64,000 bases of DNA from Dehalococcoidia bacterium (GTDB taxonomy: Bacteria > Chloroflexota > Dehalococcoidia > Lucifugimonadales > Lucifugimonadaceae): the NCBI GenBank assembly GCA_965221625.1, contig OZ244903.1, positions 644,685 through 708,684 on the forward strand. The letters are read 5' to 3'. Shown one piece after another: positions 1-9,301 of the stretch. The position numbers were made by a program, and so were the translations under genes. The notes beneath the pieces are model-generated. The model was not told the DNA's origin. It saw only the letters and a list, made by a program, of their open reading frames with translations, and made no database searches. The stretch's first letter is position 1; every line of letters begins with the position of its first letter.

Positions 1-1915
1 CCAAGATTAATCCGTCTCGCTTGACAACCCAAGTGTGTTTGAGAGCATCCTGGCCAGTTGCTGGGTTATTGAAGATGTAATCGACCCACTTTCCTGACGG
101 TCCGGCGGTCATCAACTCCAACCCGAATCGGTCGCCATCTGGCCCAGTTCCTAAACCTCCGAGTACCGATTCGCCGAGGATTGATTGGTCGGCGTGAGCA
201 ATGGTATTGTCGTTCTCGTCAATGATGAAGACGTACCACTCTCCGTCGACGGCATCGGGCGTGTTGTAGTAGTCAATCGTCGCGTCGCGCCCGTCTGCAT
301 GCAGTCTCGCGAGTGCTTCGTCAACTAAACGTTGAGCATATGCGGCAGGTTCATGGGGCGTCGGGACGTCTTCGTACCATCCGGCACCGAACAACAGTCC
401 GTTGCGGCGCACTGCCCAAGATTGCTTCTTGGCATTCATGCCGGTTGCCGGATTCACCAGATAGTAGGAGACAATGCCGCCGTCCGCACCGACAGCCGCA
501 AGTTCGTATGCGTATTTCCGGCCGGTGAAGTCGGTTCCGATCGGGCCGAACAGGCTTTCGCCGATTAAGGATTGGTCGGCGTGGGCAATGATCTCGTCTT
601 GCTCGTCGATGATGAAGACGTACCACTCGCCGTTGACAGCCTCGGGAGAGTTGTAGAACTCGAGAGTGTCTGACAGTCCGTCGCGCAGGTACTTGCCAAT
701 TGCGGCGTCTACGATCCACTTCGCATACTTCTCGTCGTCGCCAGGCACCGGAACGTCGTCGTACCATCCGGATCCGACGACGATGTCTCCGCGCCGAACT
801 GCATAGGTAAATTTCGGGGCATTCTCACCGATGGCCAAATTCGGGAATACGTATTCGCCCCACGTGCCCGTCTCAGTCGCTTGCAAGATGTCAAAGCCAA
901 ATCGCCGTCCAACGCGGTCAGTGCCGATCTCCTTGGCTACGTCAGCACCGACGGCTTCGGGATTTGCGTGGGCGACCAGCTTGTCGTCGCCGTCAATGAT
1001 GAAGATGTACCACTGACCGTCGATGCTCTCCGTCGAGTTGTAGTACTCGACGGTCGCTTCCAAACCATCGCCGTGCAACCGCGCGAGCGCGGCGTTGACA
1101 AACGCCTCAGTGTATGCCTCGGGTTCGTCTTTCGTTGGTTCATCTTCGTACCAACCGGAGCCGAATAGCAATCCGTCGCGTCTGACCGAGTAGCTGTGCT
1201 TGATGGCGAACTCGCCGGTTTCAGGATGCACGAACCGCCGACGCATCCACGTGCCGTCTTCGGAGGCGGCTAGCAACTCAATGCCGAAGCGATATCCGGT
1301 GTCGTCGATCCCGATCGCGCCTCGTGTGCTTTGGCCGATCGCATCTGGGTTGTAGTGCGAGACAACGTCGTCATTCTCGTCGACGATGTAAACGTAGTAC
1401 TGTCCGTCAAGTGCTTCCGGGCGGTTGTAGTACTCGATAGTGGCGTCGCGTCCGTCTGCTTCGTAGCGTGCTAGGGCAAGTTCGACCAGTTGCTTGGTAT
1501 AGGCCGCCGGATCATCCTTGGTTGGGGTTGGATCGTAGTAACCGGTGCCGAAAATAAGTCCATCGCGCTTTGCGGCGTATGTGTGTTTCGGTGCTTGCGC
1601 GTTGGTCTCGGGGTTGGTGAAGGGGTAGCGGAACCAACCGCCTTCTTCACCGACGGCGAGGAGCTCGAGCCCGAAGCGACGACCCGTCAAGTCGGTACCT
1701 ATCTCCCCAGCAAGCGATTGACCGATAGCGGTTTGGTCGACGTGCGCGACGATTCGATCGTCCTCACCGATGATGAACACGTACCACTGCCCGTCCACGT
1801 TTGCTCGGCCATTGTGGTACCGGAGTGTGGCATCTCGACCTGTTGCAACGTAACGATCGATCGCGTCGTTGACAAGCCACACAGCGTAGGCTTCGGGATC
1901 GGATTTGGACGGCCG
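1..1915 (-). repeat. Five tandem, diverged ~387-nt (129-aa) coding repeats (Cache-like units)
   Basis: The G(Q/E)WYVFI.D motif recurs near 1780, 1400, 1005, 615 and 225. The (D/E)P.AY unit starts recur near 1900, 1516, 1120, 735 and 345. Confidence 0.8.
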
Positions 1916-2395
1916 TGGCGATGCGGCTAGCAGTCCCTCTACTGGTTTCTCGACAACCACCGTAACGAGTTTCTCGATTTCAATCGGAACCAGTTTCTCG
2001 AACTCGATGATCTCTGGAACGACAATCTCGACTGGTTTCTCGACCTCAACGGTTACCACAACTTCTCGGATGACTTCGACCTGTTTCTCCACCTCGACAG
2101 TCCGCACGACCTCTCTGACAATCTCGACTGGGACTTCGACCTCGACCGCTCTAACCACTTCCTTTTCGACTTCAACCGGCACCATGACTTCGACTCGTTC
2201 GACGACTGGTACTTCAACTTCGTAAGCGACCGGCACCTCAACTTCTCGAACCACCTCGCGTTCGATGGGCACCTCGACGACGCGCTCGGTTTGGCATGCC
2301 GATATCGCAAACGAAAGAGAGGCGAGGAGTAATGTCGCGGCCAGAGCGGCTTTGGATAATTGACCGCGTTGACGGGGCGTATCCGAGTTGATCAT
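1..2395 (-). CDS. Lipoprotein with V/E-rich linker and >=5 tandem Cache-like (PDC-fold) modules; 3' end lies beyond the window edge
   Basis: Absent from the ORF track because it runs off the window. I hand-translated several stretches of this reverse frame from ATG (2395..2393) toward position 1 (roughly 2395-1860 and 1-60) and saw no stop there; I did not read every codon in between. The absence of any complete ORF in this frame from the track is consistent with it being open. N-terminus MINSDTPRQRGQLSKAALAATLLLASLSFAISAC is a signal peptide plus lipobox Cys. Then ~120 aa rich in V/E/P/K. Then five ~129-aa units with the pattern AY..V..A..Y..DG.DAT..YYN.P...DG(Q/E)WYVFI.D..D...AH....IG.S..G..G.D.TG..FG.EL....G.W..Y...NP.TG....KH.W.V.RDGL.FG.GWY. 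From memory this matches single-Cache (sCache_2-like) ligand-binding domains. Confidence 0.8.
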   Translation of the reverse strand, partial: MINSDTPRQRGQLSKAALAATLLLASLSFAISACQTERVVEVPIEREVVREVEVPVAYEVEVPVVERVEVMVPVEVEKEVVRAVEVEVPVEIVREVVRTVEVEKQVEVIREVVVTVEVEKPVEIVVPEIIEFEKLVPIEIEKLVTVVVEKPVEGLLAASPRPSKSDPEAYAVWLVNDAIDRYVATGRDATLRYHNGRANVDGQWYVFIIGEDDRIVAHVDQTAIGQSLAGEIGTDLTGRRFGLELLAVGEEGGWFRYPFTNPETNAQAPKHTYAAKRDGLIFGTGYYDPTPTKDDPAAYTKQLVELALARYEADGRDATIEYYNRPEALDGQYYVYIVDENDDVVSHYNPDAIGQSTRGAIGIDDTGYRFGIELLAASEDGTWMRRRFVHPETGEFAIKHSYSVRRDGLLFGSGWYEDEPTKDEPEAYTEAFVNAALARLHGDGLEATVEYYNSTESIDGQWYIFIIDGDDKLVAHANPEAVGADVAKEIGTDRVGRRFGFDILQATETGTWGEYVFPNLAIGENAPKFTYAVRRGDIVVGSGWYDDVPVPGDDEKYAKWIVDAAIGKYLRDGLSDTLEFYNSPEAVNGEWYVFIIDEQDEIIAHADQSLIGESLFGPIGTDFTGRKYAYELAAVGADGGIVSYYLVNPATGMNAKKQSWAVRRNGLLFGAGWYEDVPTPHEPAAYAQRLVDEALARLHADGRDATIDYYNTPDAVDGEWYVFIIDENDNTIAHADQSILGESVLGGLGTGPDGDRFGLELMTAGPSGKWVDYIFNNPATGQDALKHTWVVKRDGLIL
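1925..2290 (-). repeat. Low-complexity V/E/P/K-rich periodic linker coding region
   Basis: Hand translation: ERVVEVPIEREVVREVEVPVAYEVEVPVVERVEVMVPVEVEKEVVRAVEVEVPVEIVREVVRTVEVEKQVEVIREVVVTVEVEKPVEIVVPEIIEFEKLVPIEIEKLVTVVVEKPVEG. The plus-strand S/T-rich ORF 1905..2225 is its antisense shadow. Confidence 0.85.
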
Positions 2396-2478
2396 TGTTC
2401 AGATCGTTTTAACTGAGGCATTTGGTCAGCGAATCCTTCCAATTTTAAGCCTCGTACGAGCATGACCATTGGCGATCA

Positions 2479-4158
2479 CTATCTGAATGAGCCGGAACCG
2501 GAGGGGCCGCGATGTTGCGAAATGTGGTCTCGTTTGCCCTGTGTTCGCTTCGCCAAGAATCCTTCTCGCACCGGCCACGGCAAGGCACCGGCGCGATCCG
2601 CCCAAGCGTTGTACTCCGCCAACATCGATGCGACGCGTTGGGGTTCGCCGTCTGCGTGATCATGCAGTTCGGTTCGATCTTCCGGAATGTTGTAGAGCTC
2701 CCAAGGACCGTCCCATTCCGAAACCAGTTTCCAATCGCCGATGCGAATGCCGCGATTGCCTTCGTGCTCGACCGTTACCGGTTTCTCACGCAACCATTGC
2801 TTCCCTTCAATTGCCGGCACTATCGACTGGCCTTCAATGGGCGTTATCTCATTGCCGTTGAACTCCGACGGATAGGTGGCACCGATGGCGTCGTAGATCG
2901 TGGCAGAGATGTCGGTGATGTGCATCGGGACGTTGTCGACGATCGTCCCCTGCTTAATCGTGTTCGGCCAGTGGACGATGAAAGGAGTCGAGATTCCGCC
3001 TTCGTGGATCCAGCGTTTGAAGAGCCGGAATGGGGCGTTCGACACGTTCGCCCACGGCAATTCGACTGCTTGGAATGTCGTATCGGGACCCGGACGCAGT
3101 TCAGGTATGTCGCCGACGCGCACCGTTTGTCCATCCAGGGTCGGTCCAGTCTCCCACTGCGACGGGTTTGACCAATCAAGGTCTTCCTGAAACAATTCCG
3201 CGCATCCGCCATTATCGGAGAGGAACATGATTAGTGTGTTGTCGAACTGACCATGCTTCTTCAATGTTTCGATGACACGACCTACGCCGCGATCTACCTG
3301 CTCGATCATGGCGCAGTAGACAGCCATACGAATATCCTCGTACACCTTGTTCTCGACGTCTTCCCAAGGTGGTGCGTCTTCATCGCGTGGTGAGATGGGC
3401 CACTTTTCGTCGACGATGCCGATGCCTTTCTGTCGTTCGTGTCTTGATGCCCGTATCTCGTCCCATCCGCCCATGTAGTTGCCTTCGTACTTGACGATGT
3501 CGTCTTCCCACGCGTGCAAGGGCCAATGGGGTGCTGTAAAAGCGATGTACTGCACGAATGGCGAGCCGTCGTTCACCGCTTCGTCAATCTGCGTTACGGC
3601 ATAGTCGGCGATGGCATCGGTAAGGTGGAAGTCGTTCGATTCAACCTCAATTAGTTTGTCTTGCAGCATCAGACTCTTGGGGTTCCAGAACGAGTCGGCG
3701 GCTTCCAGAAGTCCGAAATATCGATCAAAACCACGCTGAGTCGGCAATGGGTGCCTGGCATCGCCGGGCGTCCATTCGTTGCGGCGTCTTCGGTCGTAAC
3801 CGCCACCTACGTGCCACTTGCCTGACATCAAAGTCCGGTACCCTGCGGTTTGCGCTACCTCCCCGAAAGTTACGGAACTGTCGTTCAGGAATCCTTGATA
3901 GGAAGGCACTCCGAGATCCGCGGTCATCTGGCCAACGCCGGCTTGGTGAGGATGGAGGCCGGTCAACAACGCGGCTCGCGACGGACAACATCGAGCACCG
4001 TTGTACATCTGGGTGAAGCGGATTCCGTTGTAACCGAGCGAATCGAGGTTCGGAGTGTTGATCTCGCCCCCGTAGCAGCCGATGTCTGAGAAACCTAGGT
4101 CGTCGACCATGATGACGATGACGTTTGGCCGATTGTCTTGTTGATGGTCAGTCGTCAT
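2479..4158 (-). CDS. Arylsulfatase (formylglycine-dependent sulfatase family)
   Basis: N-terminal NVIVIMVDDLGFSDIGCYGG and the C-x-P-x-R maturation motif (ARCCPSRAALLTG), plus GKWHVGG. Full-length at 559 aa. Confidence 0.9.
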   Translation of the reverse strand: MTTDHQQDNRPNVIVIMVDDLGFSDIGCYGGEINTPNLDSLGYNGIRFTQMYNGARCCPSRAALLTGLHPHQAGVGQMTADLGVPSYQGFLNDSSVTFGEVAQTAGYRTLMSGKWHVGGGYDRRRRNEWTPGDARHPLPTQRGFDRYFGLLEAADSFWNPKSLMLQDKLIEVESNDFHLTDAIADYAVTQIDEAVNDGSPFVQYIAFTAPHWPLHAWEDDIVKYEGNYMGGWDEIRASRHERQKGIGIVDEKWPISPRDEDAPPWEDVENKVYEDIRMAVYCAMIEQVDRGVGRVIETLKKHGQFDNTLIMFLSDNGGCAELFQEDLDWSNPSQWETGPTLDGQTVRVGDIPELRPGPDTTFQAVELPWANVSNAPFRLFKRWIHEGGISTPFIVHWPNTIKQGTIVDNVPMHITDISATIYDAIGATYPSEFNGNEITPIEGQSIVPAIEGKQWLREKPVTVEHEGNRGIRIGDWKLVSEWDGPWELYNIPEDRTELHDHADGEPQRVASMLAEYNAWADRAGALPWPVREGFLAKRTQGKRDHISQHRGPSGSGSFR

Positions 4159-4210
4159 GTTGCGTTCTCGGTTCCCCTGCGTTGATCATGAATCGCATAT
4201 TGTGATTGCG

Positions 4211-5782
4211 TTACGTGTACGTGGCGTCGGTTTCCATAGGGTAGAGTGGCACGCGTCGGCGGTGATAGGTGAAGGTCGACATATCGGCGGTCGTTACGCC
4301 GGGAGTGTTGACAAGGATTACCTTGCCGGCGATCGGTTGGTAGGCAGGACGCGGAGATACGACGCCTTTGGCAACCACGATTCGATAGCGTTCTGGGATG
4401 ATTCCGATGTGGTACATCTGGGCGCGCACTGTGTTGCCGGTGCGGGCGGAAGTTAAGACGAGTGTTTGGCCGCCTACGGTGTCGAGGCGCACAGTCACAC
4501 CCGAGTTGTAGTACCTGAAACCACCGTGAGACGGGCCGAGCTCTTCGTACTGTCCGTCGGTGATGGCGCGGACTGTGCCGGTGACGGTGACCGGTTTGCC
4601 GTGGAGGTCGTCTGTCTTGCCACCTACGTCGAGCGTGACCGTCGATCCGACACCCGCATTGACGCATGCGTCGACCGATTCGGGATCGTATAGCGTTTGG
4701 ACAAAGCTTGAAATGCCTCGCTTGACCACTTCGGCTAAGATGTGCGTCGAATCGGCCGAGGAACCGCCGCCGATGTTGTCGCCAACGTCCATCAGGACAA
4801 TCGGCCCTTTGCGCACGGCACCGTGTGCGTCAGGCATCGAAAGAGCAGTGCCGTCGGTGGCGACGTGATCCGCTTCATTGAGATCGCGTGGTGCGACATA
4901 GTTGTCGACGGCGAAGTCGAGCGCGTCGGAAATCGAAGCGACCTCCACGTTCAACTCGGCGCGTCGCTCCCATGCCTTACTTGCCATCTCCTTTGCCACC
5001 GATTTGGCGAGGTCGATGTCCCCGTTGTCGGCGATGGCGACCCAGGACATGCCCATCTCCTCGACGTCGGCATACGGGTATCCCTCCGCGACGCTGGTAT
5101 CGAGAATACCGGGCGTTTCATTCGCTGCGACACAATCGGCGACGAACGACCGCATCGGGTCTTCGCCCGTAAACTGCTTCACGATGTTGACATACATCGG
5201 AGGCATCTCGATCCACTGCGCAGGATTAATCTCGCCCTTGACGGTGCGGTAAATCAATTCGGCGGTCTTGCGCCCGCGGACCTTCGGGTCGAGATGCGGG
5301 TTGGTACGCCAAACCACGCAGACGTCGGAATGTTTGACAACCGCTTTTGATACGTTGGCATGCATATCGAGCGTGACGCCGACAGGAATGTCCGGCCCCA
5401 CAATCTCTCGCACGGCGCGACAGAACTCGCCGTCCATGTCTGGATATTCTTCACTTACGGCGGCACCGTGATTTGATATGAGCACAGCGTCCCAAGGTCC
5501 ACCGTCACGCAGCATTCCGAACATCTCGTCGCTGAGGCGGTCATAGGCGTCTTTGGTGATGGTTCCAATCGGCCCGGTTACGGCGTACATGAGAGGCACC
5601 AGCTCGAAGTCGAGTTCTTGCGCGGCCTGAATGTATCCGGAGATGGTGTAGCGTGCGTTGACGTAATGATCGAAGATTTCGTCGCCGCGCCGGATGCCGG
5701 ACCTGACGAATTGCGCGTAGTCCGCGGGAACTGAGGAGAACGTGTTGGTTTCATGGGAGATGCCCAACATCGGGATGCGCAT
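4211..5782 (-). CDS. M81 family metallopeptidase (MlrC-like)
   Basis: MRIPMLGISHETNTFS is the typical MlrC/M81 N-terminus. The second ATG (5782) is preferred because GAAGGAG lies ~7 nt upstream. The ORF track start is 5797. Confidence 0.8.
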   Translation of the reverse strand: MRIPMLGISHETNTFSSVPADYAQFVRSGIRRGDEIFDHYVNARYTISGYIQAAQELDFELVPLMYAVTGPIGTITKDAYDRLSDEMFGMLRDGGPWDAVLISNHGAAVSEEYPDMDGEFCRAVREIVGPDIPVGVTLDMHANVSKAVVKHSDVCVVWRTNPHLDPKVRGRKTAELIYRTVKGEINPAQWIEMPPMYVNIVKQFTGEDPMRSFVADCVAANETPGILDTSVAEGYPYADVEEMGMSWVAIADNGDIDLAKSVAKEMASKAWERRAELNVEVASISDALDFAVDNYVAPRDLNEADHVATDGTALSMPDAHGAVRKGPIVLMDVGDNIGGGSSADSTHILAEVVKRGISSFVQTLYDPESVDACVNAGVGSTVTLDVGGKTDDLHGKPVTVTGTVRAITDGQYEELGPSHGGFRYYNSGVTVRLDTVGGQTLVLTSARTGNTVRAQMYHIGIIPERYRIVVAKGVVSPRPAYQPIAGKVILVNTPGVTTADMSTFTYHRRRVPLYPMETDATYT

Positions 5783-5872
5783 GGATGCTCCTTCCATCAG
5801 GATTGCTGTGCAGGGATCTACGGCATAGGGTACCGCATCGAACGTCTCTGATTGAGTTATCGTTGTGAGTAG

Positions 5873-6475
5873 ATGATGTCGTCGAACGCGCCCATTCTGC
5901 GATCCCTACTGGTTCGCATTGCCGTTCTTTGTGTCGCGATGGCGACTGTTTCTATCGCCGGTGAATTTGCGAAGGCGCAACCTTTAACCCTTACCTCGGG
6001 CCCGTACGTCGTAGTCGCCGACGAGAGTGTTGGCGATTATCGGCTCATCGTGCATCAATCGCCGGAACGCGTCATCGTCGGTACTCTGACGTACGCCGTG
6101 CAGGTTCACACAAAAGATGACGACGAACCGGTGGAAGATGCGATAGTCAAGGTCTACGGCACGCCGTCCGAGCACGGCAATCGACAGGTCGCTCCGGCAC
6201 TGAACTCACCTGTAGATCGAGAGTATTACGTCGGTCGTTTGGAGATTGAAGAGACAGGCGTATGGGCTATCGACGTCGTCGTGACGCATCCGGAACTTGG
6301 TGAGGAGACGCTGGTGTTGGCGACCGAAGTGTTTGATCGCGCACGCGGTGGATCGAACTTGGTTTGGGGGACGCTGCTTTGGCTATTGGTTTCGTTAGGT
6401 TTTCTCGGAGTCGTCTTCTACCTCATCCGTAAGTCGAGAGGCGTGCGTTTGAAGCTGGAACAATCCACCGACTAA
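5873..6475 (+). CDS. Hypothetical secreted/membrane-anchored protein (N-terminal signal, C-terminal TM helix)
   Basis: Hydrophobic N-terminus LLVRIAVLCVAMATVSIAG and C-terminal LVWGTLLWLLVSLGFLGVVFYLI followed by basic residues. No recognisable catalytic motif. Confidence 0.55.
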   Translation: MMSSNAPILRSLLVRIAVLCVAMATVSIAGEFAKAQPLTLTSGPYVVVADESVGDYRLIVHQSPERVIVGTLTYAVQVHTKDDDEPVEDAIVKVYGTPSEHGNRQVAPALNSPVDREYYVGRLEIEETGVWAIDVVVTHPELGEETLVLATEVFDRARGGSNLVWGTLLWLLVSLGFLGVVFYLIRKSRGVRLKLEQSTD

Positions 6476-6520
6476 GATTGTTCACGGTATTTCGTTGCGA
6501 TGATTGCGGGAGATTGACCG

Positions 6521-7720
6521 TTGCGGATTTCGAATGTGAAGATTAGGCACGTCTTCGGCGCGCTAGAAACCGACGGTGAGTTCTGGGAAGAGCGATTGGT
6601 GATGCCGTTGGACGTCTACGAAGAGTTCAGGAACTCCAAGCAACGCACCAATGTTGTAACGGCGCAATCGTCCGACAACCGGATGGAGCACGACGCCTAC
6701 TTCATTCAGATCGAAACCGATGACGGTGCGATCGGCATCGGCGGACCAGTCGAGGAAACCGTCGCATACCTCGTTGCTACGCAGTTGGTGCCGCTCTTGC
6801 TGGATCGCGATCCATTAGCGACCGAGTTCCTATGGGACGTCATGCATCGGTCGCAGGTGCACGGACGGCACGGGCAGGCGATGATGGCAATCTCGGTAGT
6901 CGACTGCGCGCTCTGGGATTTGAAGGGCCGCGTCCTGAACGTCCCTGTCTACACCTTGCTAGGTGGTCCGACGCGAGAGCGAATCCCTGCGTACGCCTCA
7001 ATGTTGGGTTTCAACGTCACCGACATGGGTTTAGTGCGCGAACGGGCGCAGTGGGCGAAGTCTCTCGGATATACCGCGCAGAAATGGTTCTTTAGGCATG
7101 GCCCGATGTCTGGTCATATCGGACTGAAGGCAAACGTTGCCTTGGTTGAGACGGTTCGGGACGCGGTTGGCGATGATTACGACATCATGCTGGATTGCTG
7201 GCAATCGATGGACGTCAACTACGTCGTCAAGCTGGCGGGTGCAATTGAGGACTGTGCGCCCAGGTGGCTCGAAGAAGTGGCGATGCCGGATCGCATCGAT
7301 TCGTATCGAAAAATCCGCGAGAAGACTAACATTCCGATCTCAGGCGCTGAGCACGAATACACGCGATGGGGGTTCAAGCGGTTTATCGACGCGGAGGCAT
7401 TGGACATACTGCAACCTGACATTTACTGGGCGGGCGGCATCTCCGAGACATTGAAGATAATGGCCATCGCGACGGCTGCCGACCTAATCACGATTCCACA
7501 CGGTCACTCGTCGCCGGCTGGGATCCATGTTTCGGTCGCGCAATCACCGATCCACACGCCATATCAGGAATACCTGATTAAGTGGAACGCCGTGCACCAG
7601 CACTTCTTAGCCGATCCCGTTGTACCAGTCAGCGGCATGATCGAAATCCCGGACGGTCCGGGAATCGGGATGGATCTCGACGATTCGAAGATCGAGCGCG
7701 AGGAAGATCCCGTCTGGTAG
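6521..7720 (+). CDS. Enolase-superfamily dehydratase, L-rhamnonate dehydratase-like
   Basis: Collinear with E. coli RhmD as I recall it: VVDCALWDLKGRVLNVPVYTLLGG, DIMLDCWQSMDVNY, WLEE, SGAEHEYT, DILQPDIYWAGGI, IPHGHS. TTG start with GGGAGA upstream. Confidence 0.8.
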   Translation: MRISNVKIRHVFGALETDGEFWEERLVMPLDVYEEFRNSKQRTNVVTAQSSDNRMEHDAYFIQIETDDGAIGIGGPVEETVAYLVATQLVPLLLDRDPLATEFLWDVMHRSQVHGRHGQAMMAISVVDCALWDLKGRVLNVPVYTLLGGPTRERIPAYASMLGFNVTDMGLVRERAQWAKSLGYTAQKWFFRHGPMSGHIGLKANVALVETVRDAVGDDYDIMLDCWQSMDVNYVVKLAGAIEDCAPRWLEEVAMPDRIDSYRKIREKTNIPISGAEHEYTRWGFKRFIDAEALDILQPDIYWAGGISETLKIMAIATAADLITIPHGHSSPAGIHVSVAQSPIHTPYQEYLIKWNAVHQHFLADPVVPVSGMIEIPDGPGIGMDLDDSKIEREEDPVW

Positions 7721-7835
7721 GTGCCGATCGTTTGAGGCGGCAAGCAGTTTCGGACTTACCGGGTATTGGTTATGTTGTCCTAGCGGGAGCTGGTTGACAG
7801 GTACCGTAGGCGCAGGATTCTTCGGGTGGCGCGGG

Positions 7836-9095
7836 TTACCCGGTGAATTTCTCGAGAACTAGGCAGGCGTTTTGACCTCCGAAGCCGAAGCTGTTGGAAA
7901 GCGTGACGTTCACTTCGGTCTCGCGCGCTTCGTTGGGTATGTAGTCCAGGTCGCAATCGGGGTCCGGGTTGTGCAGGTTTATCGTCGGGTGGAGCACCTG
8001 ATCACGGATGCTCCCGAGGCAGGCCATCGCTTCCATCGCACCCGATGCCCCCAGCGAGTGCCCGATCATCGACTTAGTGCTGCTGATAGGGACGTTGTAC
8101 GCGTGGTCGCCAAAGGCGCGTTTGATGGCGAGAGTCTCGGACTTGTCATTCAAAGGCGTTGAAGTGCCGTGGGCGTTGATGTAGTCGATATCGCCGACGT
8201 TGCGTTCGGCGTCTTTGAGAGCCACTTTGATGGCGAGCGCAGCACCTTTGCCCTCGTCGTGCGGTTGCACGAGGTGAAATCCGTCGGATGACGCCCCCCA
8301 GCCAGTAATCTCGGCGTAGATCTCCGCGCCGCGATCCTTGGCGTGTTTGAGCGATTCGACTACGAATACGGCGGCACCTTCAGAGGGAACAAAGCCGTCG
8401 CGATCGGTATCGAACGGCGTTGAAGCTTCTTCCGGAGGGCAATCGCGCGTGGTGAGCGCGTGGATTGTCGAGAAGCCTCCCATCCCAAGTTCACAGATGC
8501 CGGCTTCGGTGCCACCAGTGAGGATGACCTCAGCTCCGCCTCGGCGGATGACCTCCGCAGCCTCTCCGATGGCTTGGGTGCTCGCCGCACATGCGGTTAC
8601 GCACGTATTGGTGTACCCGTAGATGCCGAATACCCGACTGACGTTGGCTGAGCACATGTTGACGAGCATTATCGGCACATAGAACGGACTTACGCGAAGT
8701 GCGCCGCGCCGATTCTTGACCTCCGATTGCTGGTCGGTTTCCGGCAATCCTCCGGCACCGCAACCGAGAAGAATGCCGACGCGATCGCGGTCTTCAACGT
8801 CTAGGTCTAGGTCTGCATCCTTAATCGCCTGATCCGCAGCGTGCACCGCCAGCTGCGAGAAGCGGCCCATTCGCCTCGCCTCGCGTCGATGTATCAAATC
8901 ACCTTCAGACGGGTTGAAATCTTGCACCTCGCCCGACACCTTGCACGGGAACGGCGTCGGATCGATCAACGACATCGGACGGATGCCCGAGACGCCATTC
9001 TTGAGATTGTCCCAGAACACGTCGAATGACTTGCCAAGGCATGTCATGGCACCGATGCCGGTAATCACGGGTCGGTTGTCTTCGGGATGGCGCAT
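7836..9095 (-). CDS. fabF: Beta-ketoacyl-ACP synthase II
   Basis: Conserved FabF blocks: VITGIGAMTCLG, TACAAS active-site Cys, HGTSTPLND, GHSLGASG, SNSFGFGGQNACLVL. Start set at the internal ATG (9095). The ORF track start at 9266 adds 57 non-homologous residues. Confidence 0.9.
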   Translation of the reverse strand: MRHPEDNRPVITGIGAMTCLGKSFDVFWDNLKNGVSGIRPMSLIDPTPFPCKVSGEVQDFNPSEGDLIHRREARRMGRFSQLAVHAADQAIKDADLDLDVEDRDRVGILLGCGAGGLPETDQQSEVKNRRGALRVSPFYVPIMLVNMCSANVSRVFGIYGYTNTCVTACAASTQAIGEAAEVIRRGGAEVILTGGTEAGICELGMGGFSTIHALTTRDCPPEEASTPFDTDRDGFVPSEGAAVFVVESLKHAKDRGAEIYAEITGWGASSDGFHLVQPHDEGKGAALAIKVALKDAERNVGDIDYINAHGTSTPLNDKSETLAIKRAFGDHAYNVPISSTKSMIGHSLGASGAMEAMACLGSIRDQVLHPTINLHNPDPDCDLDYIPNEARETEVNVTLSNSFGFGGQNACLVLEKFTG

Positions 9096-9301
9096 GTAGT
9101 GAAACGTTGCTGTCGATGTGAGAAAACCCCGCATTGCGTATTCTAAAAGGTGCGTTACGAACGAACACCTACACGCTTCTGAGCGACGGTTCGCCCGTGT
9201 TCCCGGCGGATTCGCGGCGCCCAGTTCAACCGAAGCCGTTTCCTGTATCATGCGATAACATCGCATCGACCTCGGAACCTCGTCGATTGGAGAACACTCG
9301 G

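Noticed and set aside
1905-2225. S/T-rich 106-aa plus-strand ORF (STSTVTTTS...)
   Set aside because: It is the antisense shadow of the V/E-rich linker of the minus-strand lipoprotein gene.
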